IMG/VR virus record: IMGVR_UViG_3300047202_000060 | Origin: a virus | Taxonomy: Duplodnaviria; Heunggongvirae; Uroviricota; Caudoviricetes | Reading direction: 5' to 3' (one strand) | DNA length: 64,000 nt | In this document: piece by piece, positions 27,559 to 36,616 of the stretch | Layout of the letters: every line of letters begins with the position of its first letter | Position numbering within the stretch: position 1 is the first letter of the stretch | Position numbers and translations under genes: made by a program | The notes under the pieces: model-generated | Seen by the model: only the letters and a program-made list of their open reading frames with translations | Databases searched by the model: none | Told to the model about the DNA's origin: nothing

Positions 27559-27871
27559 TTATATCACCAATTTCTGTTATCGTGATTTTTCCTCTATTAA
27601 ATCTGTCCTTTACTGTGTAAACTGTAACTAGAACCCAATACGCAATTGTCGGAAGAGAAAACCCGAACGAAACCCAATAGCTAGTTTGTCCACTTTGAAT
27701 GAATTCGATATAGGCTTGCTGAACGCAGAGCATCGCGCTTAAAGTCAGCAATGCCCCTAGCCAATCGTAACCCTTCAAGATGTTTTTGTTTTTCAATACG
27801 GCTCTAATCAGCAAACTTGTGCCAACTAGAAACAGTACGTTAGAAATGTTAAAGAGAAGAGGGGCTATCAT
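27551..27871 (-). CDS. membrane protein (three TM helices)
   Basis: hydrophobic profile. Confidence 0.45.
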   Translation of the reverse strand: MIAPLLFNISNVLFLVGTSLLIRAVLKNKNILKGYDWLGALLTLSAMLCVQQAYIEFIQSGQTSYWVSFGFSLPTIAYWVLVTVYTVKDRFNRGKITITEIGDINV

Positions 27872-28077
27872 TTCAATCCCCTAATATTGGTAAATTTGAA
27901 AAATCTCCAATTAATCTTTTTGTCCTCAAAGTCTATCTGCAAATAGATAAACTGTTCTACCTTCGGATTTGGAACTATATCTAATTGGAAGTAAAAAGCT
28001 AGATTAGAAAGTATTGCGTAAAACCTTTCGCCTAAACGAAAAGTTCCTGTAAATTTTGCTTCGAACATTTTAACCAC
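27868..28077 (-). CDS. hypothetical protein
   Basis: 69-aa ORF. Confidence 0.35.
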   Translation of the reverse strand: MVKMFEAKFTGTFRLGERFYAILSNLAFYFQLDIVPNPKVEQFIYLQIDFEDKKINWRFFKFTNIRGLK

Positions 28078-28318
28078 TTCTCCGCATGGGTCTTAATAGA
28101 TGTATAACTGCCACAACAAATAGAAAGAGAACAGTCCCCATGATTATAGCAAATTCTCTAGTCATATCAATCACAGTCTAAGAGTTTTTCGTATTACTTC
28201 TTGAACTTCGGGTTTAGTTATCCAAGTAATAAAAGCCATAAATGTCCCAAGACTAGACATGCCGATAATTATTGACCAATCCCTAATTTCTCTTTTCCAA
28301 TTTATTTTTCTCTTCATA

Positions 28319-28519
28319 TCAATCACTTTTTTCCTTTTTGTTCTTATCCTCTAATTCTTCAAGTATTCTATAAACGATATTGAAGTCTTCTTCCGTTATA
28401 ATTCTTGTTTCCTTTGCAAACTTAAAGTACACTCCTCTTGACCAACTTAAACGCTCTTTAAGTTGTTCCTTAATTTTTTCAATTTCCTCTCGTTTCATTT
28501 CAATCACTTCGGAAGCCAA
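28319..28519 (-). CDS. hypothetical charged helical protein
   Basis: 66-aa ORF. Confidence 0.35.
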   Translation of the reverse strand: MASEVIEMKREEIEKIKEQLKERLSWSRGVYFKFAKETRIITEEDFNIVYRILEELEDKNKKEKSD

Positions 28520-28875
28520 TCTCGAAGCATTTCTGGATAACTCATCCAGAAGTTATTCATCTTTTCTATTATTTTGACTAGAACCTTATACATTTCTGTT
28601 GCTTTCTCAACGGCATTTTCGTTTGCAAATCCATCTCTGAATATTTCCTTCTCTTCTGTATTTTGCTTTAGAGATGGAGTTTCAATCCATTGTGCAACAT
28701 TAACTACAACTACGTGTGCAACAGTATAATCTTTGGTAACTTCGGTTATCAAACGCACTTCAAAATGATTCGACATTCGTTCATGAATTATTGTTTGCTT
28801 AGATTTCACCATGCTAGTCATCTTCTCTGTGCTTTTTCTTGTTCTTTCGTCCTTTCCACTCAGGATTCGGAACAA
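28504..28875 (-). CDS. hypothetical protein
   Basis: 123-aa ORF. Confidence 0.4.
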   Translation of the reverse strand: MFRILSGKDERTRKSTEKMTSMVKSKQTIIHERMSNHFEVRLITEVTKDYTVAHVVVVNVAQWIETPSLKQNTEEKEIFRDGFANENAVEKATEMYKVLVKIIEKMNNFWMSYPEMLRDWLPK

Positions 28876-29115
28876 ACATTGTGGTTAATTCGTCTTTACC
28901 GTATCTTTGCATTGGTTGAGTAACCCAAATCTTCTCATCCCGAGTATTTATCTTTTTCTTATCTTTTTCTCTGTCCATTTCAATCACCATTCAAAATAGA
29001 TTGTAATTCCTCTTTTGAAACCTTAGCAATTTTTCTAATTGCCTCTTCCGAATAACCTATTTTTCGGAGTTTTGCAAATTCTTGTTTGTTCATCTCTATC
29101 ATTAGCTAGTTAGTA

Positions 29116-29745
29116 TTATTTGTTACTTATAAACTTTGCCCCAGAACTATCGTGCTCGATTAACCACTCGAACGCTTTATCGTTTATCTCGAACATACCA
29201 CGACCAGACCAGATATTATGACGAATTGAATTATGAAGTTTTTCGGGAATATAGACTACACACTCAAAGTCAATATGGTGTCCGTGGGAACCTTCGAATG
29301 GTTCATTAAGAAAATCGTGCCCTAGACCACGGCGTTTATACTTTTGTTTTCTAGTTTGTTTTCCTCTCCATTCTGGATGGTTTTTACGCCAATTTGTCGT
29401 CCTTTGGTCACACTCTTCTTTATGAGCGTTATAATATTGGGTTTTAGATTTTTTATCATGAAGTTTTAATTCTTCTGGGGTTAATCTTTTTAGTGGATGT
29501 GGACGATAACTCTTTTTATGATTTCTCTTATTAGATTCTCTAACCTTTTCGGGATTATTTTTTCGCCAATTTCTCAGCATAATCCTTTTTTGTTCTGGAT
29601 GATTCCTCTTCCATTTTATACTCCGTTGTTTGCATTCTTCTTTGTGAGTTTCATAATAGTGTTTTGTCCATTGCCTTTTATGTTGTTTTAGTTCTTCTTC
29701 TGTAAAGATTTTTCTAACAAATTGACCTTTAGAATTTCTACCCAT
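29116..29745 (-). CDS. HNH endonuclease family B with basic repeats
   Basis: GLGHDFLNEPF..HGHHIDFECVVYIPEKLHNSIRHN..AFEWLIEHDSSGAKFISNK; C-terminus encoded by class I element. Confidence 0.65.
   Translation of the reverse strand: MGRNSKGQFVRKIFTEEELKQHKRQWTKHYYETHKEECKQRSIKWKRNHPEQKRIMLRNWRKNNPEKVRESNKRNHKKSYRPHPLKRLTPEELKLHDKKSKTQYYNAHKEECDQRTTNWRKNHPEWRGKQTRKQKYKRRGLGHDFLNEPFEGSHGHHIDFECVVYIPEKLHNSIRHNIWSGRGMFEINDKAFEWLIEHDSSGAKFISNK
29126..29158 (-). promoter_or_regulatory. class I element copy inside HNH-B 3' end
   Basis: cttataaactttgccccagaactatcgtgctcg. Confidence 0.4.
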
Positions 29746-29775
29746 GATTTCACAACAAATAAAGAGGGAAAAGTT

Positions 29776-29795
29776 GCTTATAAAGGTTATGGTTC
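29776..29795 (-). promoter_or_regulatory. class II promoter element
   Basis: gcttataaaggttatggttcc, 32 nt upstream of 29745. Confidence 0.4.
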
Positions 29796-30120
29796 CTTCT
29801 TATCCCCAATTATTGGAATACCCCGTTTGCGAAGTTTTTGTTTCTCATTTTCTACAGCTTCAAAATCAACAATTCCAGCAAGCCATCCTTCCTCATAACC
29901 TTCCTCATACGCTGTCCATTCGCGTTCTTCTGCTGTTTCTTTGCTCATAGATGTCCATCCGAAGGTATATCTGGGTCTTTCTTTTCGACCCGTTCCACAG
30001 TTATCTTGGCTCTTAGAGCCGTTCCTTCTACCATAAGAAAGGTAGAGTGTCTTAGGTCGTCAGCATTAGCGTTCGATATTTCTATCGTTCCACTTGCCGT
30101 GACCCGATATTTTTTATACT

Positions 30121-30516
30121 TCAACCGAATATTGCTCCTAGTCCAGCACCTACGATAACGACTACTATGAAGCTAGTCACTAGACAAAGTATGATACCGA
30201 AGATTGCAGAGATCACTAACGGAACAATTGTCAAAGTCATCATGTTTGTATAGTTTGAACCCGTGAATACTATTCCCAAGAGCCAATCGTAGAACATCTT
30301 TGACCAAATCCAATAGAGATAAACGCCGACAAATGGAATAAATGAAGCAAATGCTATGAAGCCTGTGACTATTGTGAGAACAAGTCCAGCTAAGAATCCC
30401 GTGAGAGGAGCATTCGGACAGATGAGAGCACCGATTATTCCGACTACAATTGCCAGAATTATCGTTAAAACCCACGAACTTCCATAGGTTTTTGTTACGA
30501 TACTTTTTTTATCCAT
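30121..30516 (-). CDS. polytopic membrane protein
   Basis: four hydrophobic helices. Confidence 0.5.
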   Translation of the reverse strand: MDKKSIVTKTYGSSWVLTIILAIVVGIIGALICPNAPLTGFLAGLVLTIVTGFIAFASFIPFVGVYLYWIWSKMFYDWLLGIVFTGSNYTNMMTLTIVPLVISAIFGIILCLVTSFIVVVIVGAGLGAIFG

Positions 30517-30545
30517 ATTTTTTCACTATTCCTATACTATATCAG

Positions 30546-30583
30546 CGTCCTATATAAACGTTTACTAAGAAACACCATGCTCA
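30546..30583 (-). promoter_or_regulatory. class I element, near-consensus
   Basis: cgtcctatataaacgtttactaagaaacaccatgctca; provides TGA stop of 30581..30898 and box 34 nt upstream of 30516. Confidence 0.45.
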
Positions 30584-30898
30584 GGGATTCCAATACTTAT
30601 CATCAACACTATCTAATAAAGTAGAAACATAATCGTCTATTATTCTCTCGATAACATAATGAATCATTTCGTGATTAATGGTACTGACTACGTGTTTAGG
30701 TGTTGTTTTTCCGTAAATATACATACCGTTTTTAGTATCAGTAGTACCAAGAGAAGAACAATAAAAGTTATTCCATTCCCATCTTGAAACAGAAACCCTC
30801 TTTGTCCTAAATCGTTTTCTTGCAATCTCAAGCGTCACAAACCCATCGAAAATATCTACCCTTTTAGGATAATAGAAGTGAAATTCCCTTCGACCCAA
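30581..30898 (-). CDS. mini HExxH metalloprotease-like protein (paralog set of four)
   Basis: TINHEMIHYVIER. Confidence 0.45.
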   Translation of the reverse strand: MGRREFHFYYPKRVDIFDGFVTLEIARKRFRTKRVSVSRWEWNNFYCSSLGTTDTKNGMYIYGKTTPKHVVSTINHEMIHYVIERIIDDYVSTLLDSVDDKYWNP

Positions 30899-30901
30899 AG
30901 T

Positions 30902-31435
30902 TTAACTCTTCCTTATATATTTTTGCATCTCTTCTGTTGTTCCCTTTCGAATCTCACCGTTCTTTTCCATTATTGAGTACGCCCAGACATCAAGTTGCAT
31001 TAAATCAACTTTGTTTCCCAAGCACCATTCAAGAGCCGAGAAAACAATTGGTCTTTCCATACTGTCATATTCGTCAGATTCCAAAAGCCAGCGTTTGCCT
31101 TTAGGATATTCATAGGCATACTTCTCATCCCAGATATTGCGAATAACAACTTTCCATCTTTTAGGAAGAGGAATATCTTTCGGCAAGTAAGCAAACTTTG
31201 TTCCTTCCATCCCGATAAACATCGTTCGGTTAATCGGATTCCAATAGCATCGAGTAATATCTCCCTTTCTGTTACGTCCTTCATGAGTATATTTCTCCCA
31301 GAGTCTAGCTTCAAACAAGCGTACCTCAATCACATCTTCTTTTGTCACCGACTTAAAAGCTTTTATTGCATCCTCTTTAGAGAGACTTGAGGGAACGAGA
31401 ACGTTATGAATATTCAGAGTAACCATACTTATCAT
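30902..31435 (-). CDS. hypothetical protein
   Basis: 177 aa; ATG 28 nt downstream of TTTATAA box lying inside upstream HNH ORF; antisense ORF 31000..31329 judged spurious. Confidence 0.5.
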   Translation of the reverse strand: MISMVTLNIHNVLVPSSLSKEDAIKAFKSVTKEDVIEVRLFEARLWEKYTHEGRNRKGDITRCYWNPINRTMFIGMEGTKFAYLPKDIPLPKRWKVVIRNIWDEKYAYEYPKGKRWLLESDEYDSMERPIVFSALEWCLGNKVDLMQLDVWAYSIMEKNGEIRKGTTEEMQKYIRKS

Positions 31436-31958
31436 CTTTGTAAGAAGAATAGTTATCGTCCCTTATAAACGTTGTCCCAGAACCATCGTGTTCGTTTTCT
31501 GGGTGATGAAGTTCTCTATGACATCTGCAACAGAGAAGTTGTATTTTACCATCTAAAACCAATTTAAGAAAAACTTTTGTCATATATAAATTACAATCAT
31601 CATGTTTTTCCTTAGTTTTTGGGTCAAGATGGTGAAATTCGAATACTGCCAAACAACCAATATATCCACATTTTTGACATTTGCCACCGAGTAATTTTAT
31701 CAACTCTTTTTTTCGTTTGTGTTTTCTCCCGATAACATATTCTCTAACCCATTTTTTGTTTCTTTTCTGCCAACATCTTTGTGATTCACGAACTTTCTCC
31801 AAATTGTTTAAACGATATTTTCTTCTATTTTGTGCAACTTTTTCTTTATTATTTTCATTCCACTTCTTTGACCTACAATTTTTAGAACAATATTGTTGTA
31901 TTCTATGATAATATGGATTCTGAATAAATTCTGTGCCACACACTTTACATTTTGGCAT
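31404..31958 (-). CDS. HNH endonuclease family A with N-terminal Zn ribbon and basic repeats
   Basis: MPKCKVCG...CSKNC; LLGGKCQKCGY...FHHLDP...LLCCRCHRELH; NEHDGSGTTFIRDD encoded by class I element. Confidence 0.6.
   Translation of the reverse strand: MPKCKVCGTEFIQNPYYHRIQQYCSKNCRSKKWNENNKEKVAQNRRKYRLNNLEKVRESQRCWQKRNKKWVREYVIGRKHKRKKELIKLLGGKCQKCGYIGCLAVFEFHHLDPKTKEKHDDCNLYMTKVFLKLVLDGKIQLLCCRCHRELHHPENEHDGSGTTFIRDDNYSSYKDDKYGYSEYS
31457..31494 (-). promoter_or_regulatory. class I element copy embedded in-frame in HNH ORF
   Basis: cgtcccttataaacgttgtcccagaaccatcgtgttcg. Confidence 0.4.
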
Positions 31959-32008
31959 AATAGAATGTATGTCGAACTACTATATAAGTCTTATGTTTTG
32001 CTCAATAA

Positions 32009-32542
32009 TCAACTAACGTAATCCTTACTTGCATCCGAATATCCGCAATTTTTACATTGAAACCCATATCGAGTTATAATCATTGTTCCTTTACACTTAG
32101 GACACGCCCTCGTCCAAACATCAACATTGAAAATATTAGACTTATTAGATTTTCTTTGCCGTGATGGTATTTGTTGCTTATCGAAGTCGCCTAACGCAAA
32201 CTTCTTGTGTGCATCCGATTCTTCTTGTTTCTCTAATACATTAGTATGAGAACCATAAAAAATTTTACAATGTTCCTTCCACTCTTTATCTGTCATACTT
32301 TCTGGGTCTTGTTTATTAGTAGATGAATCGCTTACTTCAAATATATAAGTGAAAAATGCTATTACAAAACATCCAACACCTAACCATGTAAAAACATCAG
32401 AAATATGTATTTTGTTTTGGGCATCTCTAAATCCAGCTTCCGAATTTACTGCACTATTTACATCCCAAGATACCATAGCTATCATAGCTATAAGGAAGCA
32501 CAACATCCCCAGACCACATATTATTGGTGTTATTTTCATCAT
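32009..32542 (-). CDS. membrane protein with C-terminal Zn ribbon
   Basis: two N-terminal TM helices; CPKCKGT...CKNCGY. Confidence 0.5.
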   Translation of the reverse strand: MMKITPIICGLGMLCFLIAMIAMVSWDVNSAVNSEAGFRDAQNKIHISDVFTWLGVGCFVIAFFTYIFEVSDSSTNKQDPESMTDKEWKEHCKIFYGSHTNVLEKQEESDAHKKFALGDFDKQQIPSRQRKSNKSNIFNVDVWTRACPKCKGTMIITRYGFQCKNCGYSDASKDYVS

Positions 32543-32667
32543 CTATCTCTCCTATGTGCGCTTGCTTTCATTTCTCGTGCTATGTAGATGTCTAAGCATT
32601 CTTTGTAGTGACCGCATGAACCGTCACAGGTAGATTTCAAATCTCCTAAACATTTAGGATTATCCAT
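32539..32667 (-). CDS. unannotated 42-aa Cys-rich leader ORF
   Basis: MDNPKCLGDLKSTCDGSCGHYKEC; AGGAGA SD for next gene inside its 3' end. Confidence 0.3.
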   Translation of the reverse strand: MDNPKCLGDLKSTCDGSCGHYKECLDIYIAREMKASAHRRDR

Positions 32668-32696
32668 ATCATTCACTACCTAGAAGTATAGCTCCC

Positions 32697-32731
32697 CCCT
32701 ATATAAAGTTTGCCCCAGAAACACCACGCCC
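32697..32731 (-). promoter_or_regulatory. class I element copy preceded by poly-G
   Basis: cctatataaagtttgccccagaaacaccacgccc. Confidence 0.4.
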
Positions 32732-32797
32732 AAAACCCTATGGGTATCGCTGGTTTGCATGGACTTTCCCATCACCTCACCCATACTTTGCTCTTTT

Positions 32798-32813
32798 TTA
32801 ATCAGTTGATTAA
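32798..32813. repeat. 16-bp palindrome TTAATCAGTTGATTAA
   Basis: inverted repeat copy. Confidence 0.55.
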
Positions 32814-32916
32814 ATATACGATTCCCGTGTATGTCGCTTCCAAACTACTTCGAACTTTTTCGTTCACCGCAACCTTTATAAGTCGCCATCTCAACCAGCT
32901 TATTTAGTGATAGAGA

Positions 32917-33240
32917 ATGCTTCGATATTGGATAAATCGTTGGCGAAAAATCGGATTGAAAGTTAGCAAACGATTCGAAGGAAGAACAAAAGAGATGCAA
33001 ATTCTTGGTTCTATTATCGGAAAAAAATGTAAAATATGTGGAAGAATGAAAAATATAAGATACCACGAAATTCATGGAAAAAAACACGAACATTCTACAA
33101 GATATATTCTTAATCACGCTTTAGATTTTGTTCCTTTATGCCAAAGGTGTCATAGTACACTTCATTATGCTAAAAGAGTTGAGAAATTGCCCGAAATTCG
33201 CCGAAAGAGATTAGTTCGATTGCTTTCGATTTTAACTTGA
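32917..33240 (+). CDS. HNH endonuclease family A, plus-strand insertion
   Basis: CKICGRMKNIRYHEIHGKKHEHS..LDFVPLCQRCHSTLH. Confidence 0.6.
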   Translation: MLRYWINRWRKIGLKVSKRFEGRTKEMQILGSIIGKKCKICGRMKNIRYHEIHGKKHEHSTRYILNHALDFVPLCQRCHSTLHYAKRVEKLPEIRRKRLVRLLSILT

Positions 33241-33690
33241 TGGACTTTTAACGATGGCAGGAACGCCCGCCTTTCAATCTGCCCCGAAATTTACTCTGAT
33301 TGTCAAGTTCGATTCAGTTCGGTAGTCAGATGGCTCTCACCCAACCCCTCGACAGGGTAGCTTGGATTTTTAATCAGGTGATTAATAGTTGAACTTTCAG
33401 TTGTAAAAAAAGTGTAACTAAAAAGGTCACGCAAAAAAACCCCAGAAAAAAAACCTTGAGGCTCACTCGACTTTTACATAAAGCGCACATAGGCGAAAAA
33501 TGACATAAAATTTGTTTTTGGTAGCCAGTTTTTTTTCGGCGGCTTTTGGCACGGGTTCCGAGCCGTTTTCGTTTCTCCGTTTCAGCGGTCTCTCAAACCA
33601 AATTACTAAGATTCTCGGAAAAGAAAATAATGGAAAACGTCTTTTTTGCCAGCGGTTTTTAGCCTCTAGGGGAAGCTCTAGGTAGGGGAG
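33241..33690. other. 450-nt ORF-free region with GC-rich islands and poly-A/T runs; candidate origin or non-coding RNA locus
   Basis: no ORF of 60 aa or more on either strand; strand switch; GC islands gccagttttttttcggcggcttttggcacggg and ttgccagcggtttttagcc. Confidence 0.3.
33370..33385. repeat. 16-bp palindrome TTAATCAGGTGATTAA
   Basis: inverted repeat copy. Confidence 0.55.
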
Positions 33691-33975
33691 TCATTGCCAT
33701 ATTTCCCTTAATATCTCGTGGTAGTACAATCCGAGACTCTCTAAGTATCTGTCGTATTTTTTAGGTTTTGTCTTGCTCATGTTAGTAATTATCCAATGAA
33801 GAAACTCATGGTTGAGAACACAACACATATCTTCTACACTAAGCCATTTTTCTTGGTCGGTAATCTCCATTTTTGCAGAACCTTTCTTAACCCATATCTT
33901 GGCGCGCCTGTGATTTTTAGGCGTACTCTTTCTCACTTTAATAACGAGATTGTCTAGGTTTATCTCTTCGGTCAA
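33691..33975 (-). CDS. mini HExxH metalloprotease-like protein
   Basis: VLNHEFLHWIITN; junction cassette at 33965. Confidence 0.45.
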   Translation of the reverse strand: MTEEINLDNLVIKVRKSTPKNHRRAKIWVKKGSAKMEITDQEKWLSVEDMCCVLNHEFLHWIITNMSKTKPKKYDRYLESLGLYYHEILREIWQ

Positions 33976-34135
33976 GTAAATTGCACAGTCTCCTTAAATT
34001 TATCCCTCAAAAAAAGTGAGAGTGCTTTATCGGTATTTTCATTATAGATTTTTTCATATTTCTTTATCCACTCTTCACATTCTTTAGTTGTCATAGCTAC
34101 TCCTTTTTTGTATTTTTTAGTGTAATATTTCCAAC

Positions 34136-34516
34136 TCAAGTAAACTGCACCTTTTCCCGAACAAACTCTTCTTTTGAAGACATCTTTAGGACTTTGGAAA
34201 ATCCTCTAACAGAATGTGGTCTGTTTGAAATCCCATTAGGAACAATACTTTCTATCATTATTTCACCACAAACAGTTTCTACTAATGGCTTTCCGTTTTC
34301 CTTTGCTGTATATTCAATATAAAGCCTAAACTTTGAGTTCTTTTGCCAAGCCTTATATAGACTCGAAACATCGTCCATATCGAGAAAGATTTCCCATTCG
34401 TCACAACCAACAGGGACGGGAAAACTCATCGCTTTCTTAATTGACATCTCTACTGCTACAACACTATCAAATTTCTTCTTACCCTGAGCCAGATAAGCCT
34501 TTGTAAGTTTACTCAA
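34136..34516 (-). CDS. hypothetical protein, EKVQFT tail
   Basis: 126-aa ORF. Confidence 0.5.
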   Translation of the reverse strand: MSKLTKAYLAQGKKKFDSVVAVEMSIKKAMSFPVPVGCDEWEIFLDMDDVSSLYKAWQKNSKFRLYIEYTAKENGKPLVETVCGEIMIESIVPNGISNRPHSVRGFSKVLKMSSKEEFVREKVQFT

Positions 34517-34646
34517 GTGAACTGCACCTTTATACGCCGTCTAAATTTCTTTGCTTGTTTTATCCATTTCCTTCTTCTACAAAGTAACCGCATATATTCT
34601 TCTACATCATCAAAAACATCAATATATGAATCATTAGGGATTTCTC

Positions 34647-34895
34647 TCATGTGAATTGCACCTTCTCCTTCTCTGGTGGAAATGCCAATTCAAAACTTTT
34701 CAAATATTTTATCGTTGTATAATTAAGATGATGACATTTTGGACATTCATAAATAAAGATTGATTCCCAATTACGACCTACCTCTTCTCCAATGGCAACC
34801 ATCTTTTCACTATCATAAGGACAAATACAAAACTCATCCATATCTACATTCAAGTAAACTGCACCTTCACAGGTTTCTTCTGTTCTTCTTTCCAC
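34647..34895 (-). CDS. Zn-ribbon protein, EKVQFT tail
   Basis: CICPYD...CPKCHH. Confidence 0.5.
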   Translation of the reverse strand: MERRTEETCEGAVYLNVDMDEFCICPYDSEKMVAIGEEVGRNWESIFIYECPKCHHLNYTTIKYLKSFELAFPPEKEKVQFT

Positions 34896-35059
34896 TCTTT
34901 AGCTAAATATTTCCATTTCATAATACGTGAAGCTCGTTGTCTTTCTTTATACCATACTATTGCCTTTCTTTTTCGTTCTCTTTCATTCCTTTTAGCCACT
35001 ATTACCATTGCACAAGTCAAACCACAAACTATAGCTACCATAGAAAGCAAAACTATCAT
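34850..35059 (-). CDS. small TM protein, VKVQFT tail
   Basis: N-terminal hydrophobic helix then basic tail. Confidence 0.45.
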   Translation of the reverse strand: MIVLLSMVAIVCGLTCAMVIVAKRNERERKRKAIVWYKERQRASRIMKWKYLAKEWKEEQKKPVKVQFT

Positions 35060-35250
35060 GAGAATTTCACCTTTTCCTTTTCTTTTAGATTCTCATAACA
35101 TCGCCTTGCTTTTCTACGAGTTAACCCACCTTTATATCTTGCCTTGCAAACTTTACAGAAGCATTTTCTAAGAGGCGTATCAACAGAGCATAATTTGTCT
35201 CCATTGCATTCGAAAGTTCTTCCACAGTCCCAACAAATCATTTCAATCAT
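35056..35250 (-). CDS. Zn-ribbon protein, EKVKFS tail
   Basis: CWDCGRTFEC...CFCKVC. Confidence 0.5.
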   Translation of the reverse strand: MIEMICWDCGRTFECNGDKLCSVDTPLRKCFCKVCKARYKGGLTRRKARRCYENLKEKEKVKFS

Positions 35251-35501
35251 GTGAACTCAACCTTCTCTGAGTCTCCTAGCGTTAAGAAAACGTGATTATT
35301 TTTCGGCTCAAACATTGTGCCGTCCATTTTTCTATTCCAGACACACACCAATGATTCTTTACTTATAGAGTCACATCTTCGAACGAATTGAGCACCGCAT
35401 TCATTACAAAGCATATTCACTTCTTTCTTGCATATATCTCGTGAGTGACATATAGGACATCTAGTGAAGTTTAGTTTTAACTCTATTGGTATTTTACTCA
35501 A
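35247..35501 (-). CDS. Zn-ribbon protein, EKVEFT tail
   Basis: CPICHSRDIC...CNECG. Confidence 0.5.
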   Translation of the reverse strand: MSKIPIELKLNFTRCPICHSRDICKKEVNMLCNECGAQFVRRCDSISKESLVCVWNRKMDGTMFEPKNNHVFLTLGDSEKVEFT

Positions 35502-35746
35502 GTGAACGACACCTTCATGGGTCTATTTATTCTTTTCACAGTCACCTTTAGACCTAGATAATTCGATAAATACATTGAGTGTTCATACGCATCATCATCA
35601 CAAAATTGGGCGGTATTAAGTTTTCCTTGTATTTGATAGAAAAAAACGAACTCTGCCTCTTTAGGGCATTGGTCGTTATGACCGTGCATTGCTATACATC
35701 TAACTGGTCCATTTTTTCTTATGCTATCAATAATTGTTCCTATCAA
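35498..35746 (-). CDS. hypothetical protein, MKVSFT tail
   Basis: 82-aa ORF. Confidence 0.5.
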   Translation of the reverse strand: MIGTIIDSIRKNGPVRCIAMHGHNDQCPKEAEFVFFYQIQGKLNTAQFCDDDAYEHSMYLSNYLGLKVTVKRINRPMKVSFT

Positions 35747-36036
35747 GTGAATTGCACCTTTTCCTGTTTTTTATCTAAGGTTGTTATAACTGGAATAGTT
35801 TCTGTTGGTGCTCGAACATCTGGATATTCTTTACTCTCGACAACTACGTATAAAATTGCCCTCATATAGTTGTGCGTTATTTCGACAACTTTAGCATCTG
35901 CTGGGAACCTGTTCTCTATAATCATGAAATTGTCTTTGCCATTATGACTAACAAAACTTTGCATTGAACGTTTGGTAGGCTTTAATCCCATATCTTCACA
36001 AGAACAATCTAAGAAAGGCATAAAAACTCTTCTCAT
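35743..36036 (-). CDS. hypothetical protein, EKVQFT tail
   Basis: 97-aa ORF. Confidence 0.5.
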   Translation of the reverse strand: MRRVFMPFLDCSCEDMGLKPTKRSMQSFVSHNGKDNFMIIENRFPADAKVVEITHNYMRAILYVVVESKEYPDVRAPTETIPVITTLDKKQEKVQFT

Positions 36037-36236
36037 GTGAACTGCACCTTAACAATTTTACTATCAAGAACACACCATTTATACATCTCACATTTTTCAG
36101 TACATGGCATATACTTTGATGGGTAACATTTATATCGTCCTTCCTTTTGGGCTTTAACCCATATTTGAGCATCTTTCTCATTCATGTGAACTGGACCTTC
36201 TCCCTTTTGCCCATAAGTGCTATATAAACCGTGCAA
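36033..36236 (-). CDS. hypothetical protein, VKVQFT tail
   Basis: 67-aa ORF; further cassette copies at about 36345 and 36525 mark unlisted ORFs under 60 aa. Confidence 0.45.
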   Translation of the reverse strand: MHGLYSTYGQKGEGPVHMNEKDAQIWVKAQKEGRYKCYPSKYMPCTEKCEMYKWCVLDSKIVKVQFT

Positions 36237-36616
36237 TGTTCTTTTAATCTACAAGAGTTTATACAGTATTTTTCCTTATCACTCGAATCATGTACTGTGC
36301 ATCCAGAAATACGCCAATCATTTTTTACAACTTTATAATGTATCAAGTAAATTGTACCTTCTCATTTTCTTCTATTTTTATCAAATGCTTCTTTTCTTTT
36401 TCTCCATAATGGTTAATTTGAGCCTTTGTTCCATGAGCACAAAATAATCTGCCAAACTTATCAGACTTTATTACGCATCCTTTGACAGTAAATGTGCAAC
36501 AAGTACATCTATAAGTTGTCATGTAAATTGAACCTTCTCTCTTTGATAATGTTTAGCAAGCCGTCTAAACCAGCGAAGCCGCCTGAAAATAAGTGGGTAG
36601 TTTATATCCTTTCTCA

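Noticed and set aside
33290-33365. tRNA-like GTTCGATTC T-loop motif and GGTAG in the ORF-free region
   Set aside because: No flanking 5-bp T-stem or 7-bp acceptor stem could be paired on either strand. Not a tRNA on inspection.
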